Part shown: one piece after another, positions 16,846-24,936 of the stretch | Numbering within the stretch: position 1 is the first letter of the stretch | Layout of the letters: each line of letters opens with the position of its first letter | IMG/VR virus record: IMGVR_UViG_3300042336_000077 | Coordinates: 1 to 25,157 of that record | Strand: one strand, 5' to 3' | Source: a virus | Taxonomy: Duplodnaviria; Caudoviricetes | Length of the DNA stretch: 25,157 bases | Notes under the pieces: generated by a model | Told to the model about the DNA's origin: nothing | What the model saw: only the letters and a program-made list of their open reading frames with translations | Databases searched by the model: none | Program-made: the position numbers and the translations under genes

Positions 16846-16855
16846 GGAGCTATGA
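16730..16855 (+). CDS. Hypothetical protein (41 aa, MKTYRVTMKDKSFKIVKAYDQQHAILLVDRWPVLILKIEEL)
   Basis: A-rich start (GCAAAAAATG) and ATGA coupling to 16852; overlaps the previous ORF in another frame. Confidence 0.55.
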   Translation: MKTYRVTMKDKSFKIVKAYDQQHAILLVDRWPVLILKIEEL

Positions 16856-17073
16856 CACCGAAAGAGAAAGCAAAAGAGTTAGTGGATAAATATTCATGCT
16901 ATTTTTATGGAATTGATAAAGATTTATTTGAAGATGTTATTCTTCATGATGATTCAAAAGGATGTGCATTAATTGCAGTTGATGAATTAATAAAAGAAGA
17001 ACGCAAAACAGATGATTATTACGAAATAGGAAGTTATTGGCAAGAAGTTAAACAACAAATACAAGAGCTATGA
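16852..17073 (+). CDS. Hypothetical phage protein (MTPKEKAKEL...YWQEVK type)
   Basis: A small-protein pattern I recognise from Bacteroidota phages; ATGA overlaps at both ends. Confidence 0.7.
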   Translation: MTPKEKAKELVDKYSCYFYGIDKDLFEDVILHDDSKGCALIAVDELIKEERKTDDYYEIGSYWQEVKQQIQEL

Positions 17074-17309
17074 ACAACCAACAAAAGCTCCTAGCTGTAG
17101 TGGCATTGCTACCAGTGCTTGCTGACTTGATTGAAGATGTTAAAATTTATCACCAATCAAAGAGATACGCTAACTTGTTTATCAATGAGGTCAGAAAGGT
17201 AGATAACATTGTTATACATGACGCAGAGCTAGAAGCACAGTCTCAGCAAGTGAATATCCAAAGAGCATTCAGACAATGGTTAGAAACAGAATTTAAAGAA
17301 GAGCTATGA
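17070..17309 (+). CDS. Hypothetical protein (79 aa)
   Basis: ATGA overlaps at both ends. Confidence 0.65.
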   Translation: MNNQQKLLAVVALLPVLADLIEDVKIYHQSKRYANLFINEVRKVDNIVIHDAELEAQSQQVNIQRAFRQWLETEFKEEL

Positions 17310-17929
17310 CACCTAATGAAATCATAAGACAAAGATTTCCTCATGAAAGGACTCAAGGTATTGCTGATGATTTAGGATTGACTTATTCTCAAGTAGCTAA
17401 CAGAGCTTTCTCAATGGGACTTAAAAAGACACTAGAATTTAAAAGCTCTATGGCATCAGGTAGATACAATCTAATTGAAGGTGGTAAAAAATTTAGGTTT
17501 AAACCTGGTAATATACCATTTAACAAAGGTAAAGAAATGCCATCAGAAGTCTATGAGAAGGTCAAAGCTACAATGTTTAAACCAGGTAATAGACCACATA
17601 ACTGGAAGCCTGACGGATCTATAGTAGAGAGAAAAGATACTGATTTAAGTGGTAGAGTATATCTATACTACAAGCTAAGTGATAGCAAGTGGATTCTATA
17701 TCATAACAAAATATGGATTGATGCTAATGGACCAATTCCTAACAAGCACATAATTATTTTTAAAGATGGTAACACCAGGAACTGTCAACTAGAAAACTTA
17801 CAATGCATAAGCATGAAGGACAATGTTTTAAGGAATAGCATCCAAAGATTCCCTGAAGAGATAAAAGAAGTAATTAAATTAACAACTAAACTAAACAAAA
17901 CAATCAATGGCAAGAAACAAAATAAGTGA
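17306..17929 (+). CDS. HNH endonuclease family protein (HNH_3-like) with an N-terminal HTH-like region
   Basis: Repeated FKPGNxPxN, followed by 'HNKIW...NGPIP..HIIIFKDGNTRNCQLENLQCIS'. Confidence 0.8.
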   Translation: MTPNEIIRQRFPHERTQGIADDLGLTYSQVANRAFSMGLKKTLEFKSSMASGRYNLIEGGKKFRFKPGNIPFNKGKEMPSEVYEKVKATMFKPGNRPHNWKPDGSIVERKDTDLSGRVYLYYKLSDSKWILYHNKIWIDANGPIPNKHIIIFKDGNTRNCQLENLQCISMKDNVLRNSIQRFPEEIKEVIKLTTKLNKTINGKKQNK

Positions 17930-18149
17930 TCTACGTGACCACATGTTTGCAGCACTAGAAAGACTTAATGATGAGTCTTTAAGTAATGAACAGATTAAAG
18001 AAGAGGTAGATAAGGCAAAAGCTATTAGCTCAATTGGATCTGTTATCATCAACTCAGCTAAGCTAGAGGTGGACTTTATAAAGGCTACTGGAAGGATAGA
18101 CTCTGACTCTGACATCTTTAAGAATATTGACCAAAAAAAGCTATCATGA
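17907..18149 (+). CDS. Conserved helical phage protein typically found next to this HNH type
   Basis: 'NKISDLRDHMFAALERLND...EVDKAKAI...IINSAKLE' pattern. Confidence 0.65.
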   Translation: MARNKISDLRDHMFAALERLNDESLSNEQIKEEVDKAKAISSIGSVIINSAKLEVDFIKATGRIDSDSDIFKNIDQKKLS

Positions 18150-18376
18150 AAAAAACAGCACTACAAATGGTATTTAGTGACTTAGAAAGTAAATATCCAT
18201 CAATTTTTAACATGTTTTCTCAAGAAGGTAGAGAATTTGTTAACCACTTTCACCACTATTTAGCACTTGAAAAACAACAACTTAGTGATGCATATCATGA
18301 CGATAGACCTAACCTATGTGCATACACAGAAGGTACAGCATTTGAAGAGTATTATAATGAAAAATTTAAACCATGA
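18146..18376 (+). CDS. Hypothetical protein (76 aa)
   Basis: 'MKKTA...LEKQQLSDAY...EEYYNE' small phage protein pattern; ATGA overlaps. Confidence 0.65.
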   Translation: MKKTALQMVFSDLESKYPSIFNMFSQEGREFVNHFHHYLALEKQQLSDAYHDDRPNLCAYTEGTAFEEYYNEKFKP

Positions 18377-18756
18377 TAGAAAAAATCAAATATATGATTG
18401 AGCTACACAATCTGACTACCAGCTGTAGAGATAGAGACTTGGTGTACAAAAGAGCTTATATTTATTCTGAGCTAAGAAAATTAGGAATGAACTTATCAGA
18501 TATTGGTAGGTTGCTAGACAAACACCATGCGACAATTATAAATGGACTAAAAGTTGACAATCAATTCCAAAATTGTGACAAGATTTATGATGATGCAATA
18601 GCAGAACTTAAAGACTATCTCTATCCTAATGATAGACCAATTGAGCTACCTAAGTACTCTATTTTTGAGGATGTTATCAAGTGTAACAATACAACTGATT
18701 TGAGAATCATTAAGGAGAGAATAGCTAATGATCAGTACTTAGAACGTGACAAGTGA
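18373..18756 (+). CDS. DnaA domain IV-like (Bac_DnaA_C) HTH DNA-binding protein
   Basis: 'RDRDLVYKR...MNLSDIGRLLDKHHATIING' resembles the DnaA signature SLxxIGxxFxxRDHTTVxH; no AAA+ domain. Confidence 0.7.
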   Translation: MIEKIKYMIELHNLTTSCRDRDLVYKRAYIYSELRKLGMNLSDIGRLLDKHHATIINGLKVDNQFQNCDKIYDDAIAELKDYLYPNDRPIELPKYSIFEDVIKCNNTTDLRIIKERIANDQYLERDK

Positions 18757-18920
18757 CAACTTCTCTTATAGTGGATAGCTGGACTTTTTAAAAAAAAGTA
18801 GGGGACACCACCAAAAAAAGTTGTCTAGTTGTCACGCTTTTGCTGTAACTCAATACCAGTATAGCTTATAGGCGTGACAAGGAATTTTAAAGTTGTCCCA
18901 TAGTTGGCACGTTTGTCACG
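18745..18920. repeat. Iteron-like array (CGTGACAA/TTGTCACG), putative replication origin
   Basis: Exact copies at 18745(+), 18829(-), 18873(+) and 18913(-). GTGACAAC at 18753. Degenerate AGTTGTC/AGTTGGCACG at 18819, 18891 and 18902. A/T tracts lie between them. Confidence 0.7.
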
Positions 18921-18922
18921 CA

Positions 18923-18953
18923 TTTGGATAATTAAATTTTATTATTACATTTG
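18923..18953 (+). promoter_or_regulatory. Consensus Bacteroidota sigma70 promoter for the primase-helicase
   Basis: TTTG (18923-18926)-N19-TACATTTG (18946-18953). Confidence 0.8.
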
Positions 18954-19039
18954 CAAAGGGGTTTTGGAGGCATCCATTTAAAAAGTTTTCTTGCTACTTT
19001 TCCCCTTCTTTTTTTTTAGCAAGAATAAAAGTAAGAATT

Positions 19040-21373
19040 ATGAAAAAAATATCTGTATTCAAGTCATTGTTTAACTCGAAAGAGACTCCATTCAATCTTA
19101 ATCTAACTGAGGTAGTTGCTAGAATTAAATTAGGAACTCCTGAACTTATTGAAAAGATTAATCTAATTAGATCCGTAGACAAGAAAGACCCTAAGTATTC
19201 AACAGCTAAAAAGGGACTTATTGCAATTATGTTTAATGGTACATTCTCTGAAAGGAATGCAAAAGGATTGATTGAGCATTCAGGACTTTGTATCTTAGAC
19301 TTTGATGGTTATCCATCTATTGAGATAATGAAAGCTGAGAGAGAAAGACTAATCAATGATCCCTATGTAGTGATAGTATTCACGTCACCTGGTGGTAATG
19401 GACTGAAAGCTGTCATAAGAATACCTGAGTCAACTGCTGTAGAACATAAGAGAAGGTTTCTTGCTTATGCTGAATACTTTAAATCTGACTATTTTGACTC
19501 AAAGAATCAAGATGTTAGTCGAGTATGCTTTGAATCTTATGACCCTGAGGTTTATTTTAATGAGTTTTGTTTAGTATTTGAAGGAATTACACAAGATAAA
19601 GGATTTGAATACATTGAGAAGCCTCCAGTTTGCATACTGCAAGATGAGAATAAGAAGCTAGAATTGATTGAAAAGTTTAAATTTAAGACTTCATTCTCAG
19701 ATGGTAGTAGGAATTTCTTTATTTTTGAATTAGCATGCTGTCTTTGTGACTATGGTATCAATCAAGATGTGGCTGAGCAGTATCTGTACAATAAGTACAC
19801 TACAAATGAAGACTTTACTCACTCTGAAATGCTATCAGCTATCAAGTCAGCGTATAAAAAAAGCAACTTTAACAGCAAGTACTTTGAGGATAGATTAACA
19901 ATTGACAGAATTAAGCTAAAAGTTAAGAATGGAGTAGATGATGAGCAAATAAAGAAGGATCACAACATAACTACAGATGTTCTAATTGACATTAAAGAGG
20001 ATAGTGGTAGTGATGACATCTTTTGGACTGTATCTAAAAAAGAAATAGTAACAATTGAACCTTTAAAATATAGTAATTTTCTAGTAAAAAATGGATTTAA
20101 CAAGTTTTATCCTGAGAATGCTGAGAAACCTACATTTGTAAGAGTCATTGAGAATAAAGTTAGGCTGTCTTCTGTAGATCAAATTAAAGACTTTGTGCTT
20201 ACCTATCTAATTAAGAAGGGACAAATTAACATTTGGAATCATTGCTCTAGGTCACCTTATTTATTCTCTGAGAATCATCTTAACATGATTGACTCAGTTA
20301 GTCTTAAGATGTTGCAAGATGGTCATGACTGCTCATATCTACCATTCCTAAATGGTGTTGTTAAAGTTACTAAGGATGAGTCTAAGATGTTAAGCTACAT
20401 TGATTTTAATGGCTATATTTGGGAGAATCAAATTATAAATAGAGAATTTCACCTAGTGAATGACTTTAATAATGACTTCTATGACTTAGTGCAAAAAGTA
20501 TCTAATGAAGAGCCTAAGAGAATAGCTGCACTACAATCTACATTAGGTTATTTAATTCATGGCTATAAAGATAGGACCAATCAAAAAGCAATTATTTTTA
20601 ATGATCAAGAAATAGATGAGAATCCTAATGGGGGGAGTGGTAAGTCTTTAATGTTAACAGCTCTTAATCACATTAGAAAGACAGTCAAGATAGATGGTAA
20701 AATGTACAATCCTAGTAAGTCAGACTTTTTATATCAAAGAGTCAATTTAGATACTCAGATTTTAGCATTTGATGATGTAGTTAAGAATTTTAACTTTGAG
20801 CAATTATTCATGATAGTATCTGAAGGAATAACTGTCAATCGCAAAAATAAAGATGAGGTCTTTATTCCATTTGAAAGGTCTCCTAAAATAGTCATAACTA
20901 CTAATTATGTCATTCAAGGAGCTGGAGGTAGTCATGATCGCAGAAGACATGAGATTGAGTTTTTTCAATACTTTAACTCTAACAATTCACCTCTTAAGCA
21001 TTATGGCAAGCTATTATTTGACCAATGGAGCACAGATGACTGGCTAAGATTTGATAATTACATGATAAAGAACTTACAGTTATACTTAAGAGAGGGACTT
21101 ACTAAGTCAATAGGAATAAATGCAGATGCAAAGAGATTTATTCAAGCTACTAGTAAGGACTTCTATGACTTCATTAGTGAGAATGAACTTGTTAAAGATG
21201 TCATGTACTATAACAGCGAATTATTAAGCTCATTTGAGCTAGATTACAATTATAAAGACATGACTCCTCAACGTTTCTCTAAATGGCTACTTGAGTATGC
21301 TAAGCATAAAGGCTATAAAATAACAAAAGATAAAAATCACAAAGGTAGATATATAATTTTTTCAGAACTATGA
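19040..21373 (+). CDS. Primase-helicase: BT4734/VirE-N primase domain, PriCT domain and P-loop helicase (777 aa)
   Basis: 'HSGLCILDFD', 'FTSPGGNGLK', 'DVSRVCFESYDP', 'GSRNFFIFELA', Walker A 'GGSGKS', Walker B 'ILAFDD' and 'IVITTN'. Confidence 0.85.
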   Translation: MKKISVFKSLFNSKETPFNLNLTEVVARIKLGTPELIEKINLIRSVDKKDPKYSTAKKGLIAIMFNGTFSERNAKGLIEHSGLCILDFDGYPSIEIMKAERERLINDPYVVIVFTSPGGNGLKAVIRIPESTAVEHKRRFLAYAEYFKSDYFDSKNQDVSRVCFESYDPEVYFNEFCLVFEGITQDKGFEYIEKPPVCILQDENKKLELIEKFKFKTSFSDGSRNFFIFELACCLCDYGINQDVAEQYLYNKYTTNEDFTHSEMLSAIKSAYKKSNFNSKYFEDRLTIDRIKLKVKNGVDDEQIKKDHNITTDVLIDIKEDSGSDDIFWTVSKKEIVTIEPLKYSNFLVKNGFNKFYPENAEKPTFVRVIENKVRLSSVDQIKDFVLTYLIKKGQINIWNHCSRSPYLFSENHLNMIDSVSLKMLQDGHDCSYLPFLNGVVKVTKDESKMLSYIDFNGYIWENQIINREFHLVNDFNNDFYDLVQKVSNEEPKRIAALQSTLGYLIHGYKDRTNQKAIIFNDQEIDENPNGGSGKSLMLTALNHIRKTVKIDGKMYNPSKSDFLYQRVNLDTQILAFDDVVKNFNFEQLFMIVSEGITVNRKNKDEVFIPFERSPKIVITTNYVIQGAGGSHDRRRHEIEFFQYFNSNNSPLKHYGKLLFDQWSTDDWLRFDNYMIKNLQLYLREGLTKSIGINADAKRFIQATSKDFYDFISENELVKDVMYYNSELLSSFELDYNYKDMTPQRFSKWLLEYAKHKGYKITKDKNHKGRYIIFSEL

Positions 21374-21513
21374 AACACTTTCTAACAAAAGCAGTTGAGC
21401 TACTGCACCCCCAACCAATTTACTACACCCCTACAAAGGTTAAAAAGTATGTGAATAAACATAAATTTGATTTCTTAATTAACAATCCACCTTATGCTGT
21501 CAATAACAAATGA
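21370..21513 (+). CDS. 47-aa ORF containing KFDFLINNPPY
   Basis: ATGA-coupled to the primase stop and overlapping the methyltransferase start; not in the ORF track. Confidence 0.45.
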   Translation: MKHFLTKAVELLHPQPIYYTPTKVKKYVNKHKFDFLINNPPYAVNNK

Positions 21514-22129
21514 AGATAACATGGAGCTAATGGCTCGCTATCCTGATAACTACTTTGACTTGGCTATTGTAGATCCTCCTTATGGGATAAATATAGCTAC
21601 TGAAATAGATAGAAGTGGTTTTAAAGAGGGAACTTCTAAAAATTCATTATCAAAATATGAAAGTAGTATGTCAAACAAAACATGGGATAACTCAATACCA
21701 ACTAAAAAATACTTTGACCAACTTTTTAGAGTTAGTAAAAATCAAGTAATTTGGGGTGGTAATTATTTTGACTTATCTCCTACAAGATGTTTTATAGTTT
21801 GGGATAAAATGACTTACATACCTACTATGAGCCAAATTGAAATGGCTTGGACTTCATTCAAATCTCACTCACAACTTGTAAAAATTAATAGTAATCAATT
21901 AGATAGAATACACCCTACCCAAAAACCTGTTGCACTTTACAAATGGATATTAGACAAATATGCTCAACAAGGGTACAAAATACTAGATACTCACTTAGGC
22001 AGTGGCTCAATAGCAATAGCATGCCATGATTACGGCTTTGACTTGACAGCCTGTGAATTAGATAAGGAGTACTTTGATAAGGCAATGCAGAGAATAAACA
22101 ACCATACATCACAACAAAAACTATTTTAA
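21494..22129 (+). CDS. DNA N6-adenine/N4-cytosine methyltransferase, beta class, orphan
   Basis: Motif IV 'LAIVDPPY', then 'HPTQKP', then motif I 'ILDTHLGSGS'. Confidence 0.9.
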   Translation: MLSITNEDNMELMARYPDNYFDLAIVDPPYGINIATEIDRSGFKEGTSKNSLSKYESSMSNKTWDNSIPTKKYFDQLFRVSKNQVIWGGNYFDLSPTRCFIVWDKMTYIPTMSQIEMAWTSFKSHSQLVKINSNQLDRIHPTQKPVALYKWILDKYAQQGYKILDTHLGSGSIAIACHDYGFDLTACELDKEYFDKAMQRINNHTSQQKLF

Positions 22130-22600
22130 ATGACAAAAGAAAACAAAGCAAAACTCAAAGCATTAGAGCTTGAGATATCAATGGCTAAGTCATCAATGAA
22201 TCCAAAGTACTTGCCATCTACAGATTGGAAAGACAACTCAGCTAATAGCTTGACTAAGTCTATAATATTCTACATCAACGCTACTGGCAATCAAGCTGAG
22301 AGAATTGGCAATCAAGGCCAGTATAGAGAAGGTGCAAAGATACAAGTAGGAACTGGTGAGATAGCTTACACAAAGCAGTTGCCCGGTAAGTGGACACCAG
22401 GGCAAGGCACTAAGGGAACTGCTGACATCTCAGCTACTATCAATGGTAAGTCAGTCAAGATCGAAGTAAAATATGGGCGTGATGTTCAGTCAGAAGTACA
22501 GAAACAGTATCAGCAAAAGATAGAGAGTGCAAAAGGTATCTACTACATTGCTAGAGATTTTGATACGTTTATTGAATGGTATAAAACTATAACAGAATGA
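22130..22600 (+). CDS. VRR-NUC-like PD-(D/E)xK nuclease (possible junction resolvase)
   Basis: 'GTADI...KIEVK.GRD.QS..Q...GIYYIAR' motif. Confidence 0.75.
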   Translation: MTKENKAKLKALELEISMAKSSMNPKYLPSTDWKDNSANSLTKSIIFYINATGNQAERIGNQGQYREGAKIQVGTGEIAYTKQLPGKWTPGQGTKGTADISATINGKSVKIEVKYGRDVQSEVQKQYQQKIESAKGIYYIARDFDTFIEWYKTITE

Positions 22601-22761
22601 CACAAGAAGACTTAGATTTCATAAAGAACTTCCAAGCATGGAGACGTGGAGCTGAAATACCACAACCAAAACCTACTGAGATAGGGATAGCACTAGACAA
22701 ATTGATTAAATATTGTGAAATGTGTATGAAATTAAATGAAGATGCTGAAAATAGGAGATAA
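22597..22761 (+). CDS. Hypothetical phage protein (54 aa, WRRG...PTEIGIALD)
   Basis: ATGA overlap with the nuclease gene; fills the gap to 22736; not in the ORF track. Confidence 0.65.
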   Translation: MTQEDLDFIKNFQAWRRGAEIPQPKPTEIGIALDKLIKYCEMCMKLNEDAENRR

Positions 22762-22948
22762 GATTAAAGACACAGAGGATGGTGACTGCTACTTTGTAGG
22801 TGAGATAGTGAAACTCAATAGATTTGGTGGAGTAGAACTATACAAAGTGACTCAGGTCATTTGGGATGGTGAAGACTATACAGATGATGATTACATTGGA
22901 CAAATAATTGAGCCTAAATGGTGGTACATTCAATTATTTTTATTCTAA
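22736..22948 (+). CDS. Hypothetical protein (70 aa, SH3/KOW-like beta pattern)
   Basis: 'LKIGDKIKD...YFVGEIV' start; operon context. Confidence 0.6.
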   Translation: MKMLKIGDKIKDTEDGDCYFVGEIVKLNRFGGVELYKVTQVIWDGEDYTDDDYIGQIIEPKWWYIQLFLF

Positions 22949-22951
22949 ATA

Positions 22952-22982
22952 GTTGCACAACTAAAAATTATTATTACATTTG
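22952..22982 (+). promoter_or_regulatory. Bacteroidota sigma70 promoter for the recombination genes
   Basis: GTTG-N19-TACATTTG (22975-22982). Confidence 0.75.
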
Positions 22983-23003
22983 TAAACAATTAAATAAATA
23001 TAT

Positions 23004-23507
23004 ATGCAAACAGAAGTAACCAAAGTGCCATTGTGGATAAAAATTCACAAGGCAAAGATGAGCATTGGCAAGGTTGTTAAGAACAGCACCAATCCTCATT
23101 TTAAAAAGAGCTATGCTGACATTAACGCATTGCTAGAAACAGTTGAGCCAATCCTTCATGAGAATGGACTGCTCCTATTACAACCTATCCATGACAAGAT
23201 TCTGAGCACTCAGATAATTGACATTGAGACTGGTGAAATGATTGAGTCATGGTTAACATTGCCTGAGAACATTGATCCACAAAAAATGATTAGTGCCACG
23301 ACCTACTACCGTAGAGCAACTTTACAATCTCTTTTAAGCCTTCAAGCTATAGATGATGATGGAAATAGTGCAAGTGCATCGTCTAAGCCAACGCTTACAG
23401 ATGACAGATTCAAGGAAGCTCTTAAATCTATTGAGTCAGGAAAGTACACAGCAGAAAAATTAAAATCAGATTTCAATTTAACCAAAACACAAATACAAGC
23501 ATTATGA
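23004..23507 (+). CDS. erf: ERF family single-strand annealing protein
   Basis: 'KNSTNPHFKKSYADI' and 'TYYRRATLQSLLSLQAIDDDG' match the ERF signature. Confidence 0.85.
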   Translation: MQTEVTKVPLWIKIHKAKMSIGKVVKNSTNPHFKKSYADINALLETVEPILHENGLLLLQPIHDKILSTQIIDIETGEMIESWLTLPENIDPQKMISATTYYRRATLQSLLSLQAIDDDGNSASASSKPTLTDDRFKEALKSIESGKYTAEKLKSDFNLTKTQIQAL

Positions 23508-24124
23508 AATGGCACCCATCATCACTAGGAAAATTAATGACTGAGTCACGAACTAAGTCAGAGACACTATCACAGACTACTAAGTCTTACATCGCAAGCA
23601 AGGCAAAAGAGGACTTCTTTGGCTACAATTCTTTTATCTCTACTAAAGCAATGCAGAAAGGCACTGACTGGGAGCACGAGTCAATTGAACTAGTTAATCA
23701 GGTAAGAGATACATTCTACATCAAGAATGAAGATACTATTGAAAATGACTGTCTGATTGGTACACCTGACATCATCCTAGACAATTCAATAATTGACATC
23801 AAGACATCATGGTCACTAGAGACTTTCCCAGCTATCTCAGCTGAGGGAATAAATAAAGACTACGAATGGCAGTTGAGAGGCTACATGATGCTATGTGATA
23901 AGGCATCAGCTGAGCTAATCTATTGCATGATTGACACTGATGACTTCTTACTATCTGATTGGGATAACAAATCAATCCATAAGGTGTCTCACATTGACCC
24001 TAAGAAACGAATCACAGTACTTCAGTATGAACGTAACATTTCAACAGAAGAGTCCATTAGAGAGCGTCTTTTAGCTTGTACTGAATACTACAATGAATAT
24101 TTTGTACAATTAAACTGTAAATAA
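23504..24124 (+). CDS. YqaJ/lambda-exonuclease-like exonuclease
   Basis: 'AMQKGTDWE', 'GTPD', 'IIDIKTS' and 'YEWQLRGYM'; paired with ERF. Confidence 0.85.
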   Translation: MKWHPSSLGKLMTESRTKSETLSQTTKSYIASKAKEDFFGYNSFISTKAMQKGTDWEHESIELVNQVRDTFYIKNEDTIENDCLIGTPDIILDNSIIDIKTSWSLETFPAISAEGINKDYEWQLRGYMMLCDKASAELIYCMIDTDDFLLSDWDNKSIHKVSHIDPKKRITVLQYERNISTEESIRERLLACTEYYNEYFVQLNCK

Positions 24125-24306
24125 TGGAAAAATCCTATTTCATAATTGAGTCAAGCCTAGAGAATCTCAAGTATGCTAGATACTCAGCTAAGACGTTCAA
24201 CAAATCAGGTCATGATTATTGTATCTTAGTCACAGATAACATTGATCAGCTAGACTTAAGGAAAGTAAGCAAAGAAGAATTTAACAATTTAAACAATAAG
24301 AAATGA
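24124..24306 (+). CDS. Hypothetical protein (60 aa)
   Basis: Operon context; ATGA overlap with the next ORF. Confidence 0.55.
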   Translation: MEKSYFIIESSLENLKYARYSAKTFNKSGHDYCILVTDNIDQLDLRKVSKEEFNNLNNKK

Positions 24307-24479
24307 TTGAACTAAACAAAACGTACATTAACCTAACTAGAGAACAGTTAGTGATGCCAATCTCAGATAAGGCTGGCATGGTGGTTTATCAAGTAACTAA
24401 GCCTACTACAGATAACCCAATGAATGAATTTAAGTGCACTACAGCACGATTTTTAAACCTATATAAATTAGAAAAATGA
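24303..24479 (+). CDS. Hypothetical protein (58 aa, MIELNKTYINLTREQ...)
   Basis: ATGA overlaps at both ends; not in the ORF track. Confidence 0.65.
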   Translation: MIELNKTYINLTREQLVMPISDKAGMVVYQVTKPTTDNPMNEFKCTTARFLNLYKLEK

Positions 24480-24757
24480 ATCAACACACAACAACAGGAG
24501 CAATTATCAACAAGTTGCCAGCAAAGCAAGTATCTGAGAAGTTCAGAGTACAAGAGTTTATCCTCAAAGTAGGTAACCCTGATGACAAGTATCCGCAAGA
24601 GGTAAAATTTCAACTAGTGAATGACAACATCGACCTACTAGACTTTATCCAAGTCAATGAACAAGTAGAGGTGACATTCGAGCTGAGAGGCAGAGAATAC
24701 AATGGCACACACTATGTCAGTTTAAATGCTCTAAAAGTTACTTCTAAGCTATTCTAA
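24476..24757 (+). CDS. DUF3127-like OB-fold ssDNA-binding protein
   Basis: 'FRVQEFIL...KYPQEVKFQL...VEVTFELRGREYNG' is typical of Bacteroidota DUF3127. Confidence 0.75.
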   Translation: MNQHTTTGAIINKLPAKQVSEKFRVQEFILKVGNPDDKYPQEVKFQLVNDNIDLLDFIQVNEQVEVTFELRGREYNGTHYVSLNALKVTSKLF

Positions 24758-24936
24758 TGCGATTAGTTAAATACATCATAGTAGTGCTATGCCTAATGGC
24801 TACCTTTGGGCTATTTTTTTATGGCATGCACTACTTTCTCGGCAAGAGAGGACTCACAATCGTTTCAATACTAATACTAATTTATTTCATCTATGGATTC
24901 ATCAGAGATTTATACAATCACTATCGCAACAAGTAA
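24757..24936 (+). CDS. Small two-TM membrane protein (59 aa)
   Basis: MRLVKYIIVVLCLMATFGLFFYGMHYFLGKRGLTIVSILILIYFIYGFIRDLYNHYRNK; TAATG coupling; not in the ORF track. Confidence 0.65.
   Translation: MRLVKYIIVVLCLMATFGLFFYGMHYFLGKRGLTIVSILILIYFIYGFIRDLYNHYRNK

Noticed and set aside
18745-18920. CRISPR mini-array
   Set aside because: Repeats are only 7-10 nt, in both orientations and irregularly spaced; no cas genes.
21494-22600. Restriction-modification pair (methyltransferase plus nuclease)
   Set aside because: The nuclease is VRR-NUC-like, a common phage replication gene, not a recognisable restriction enzyme.
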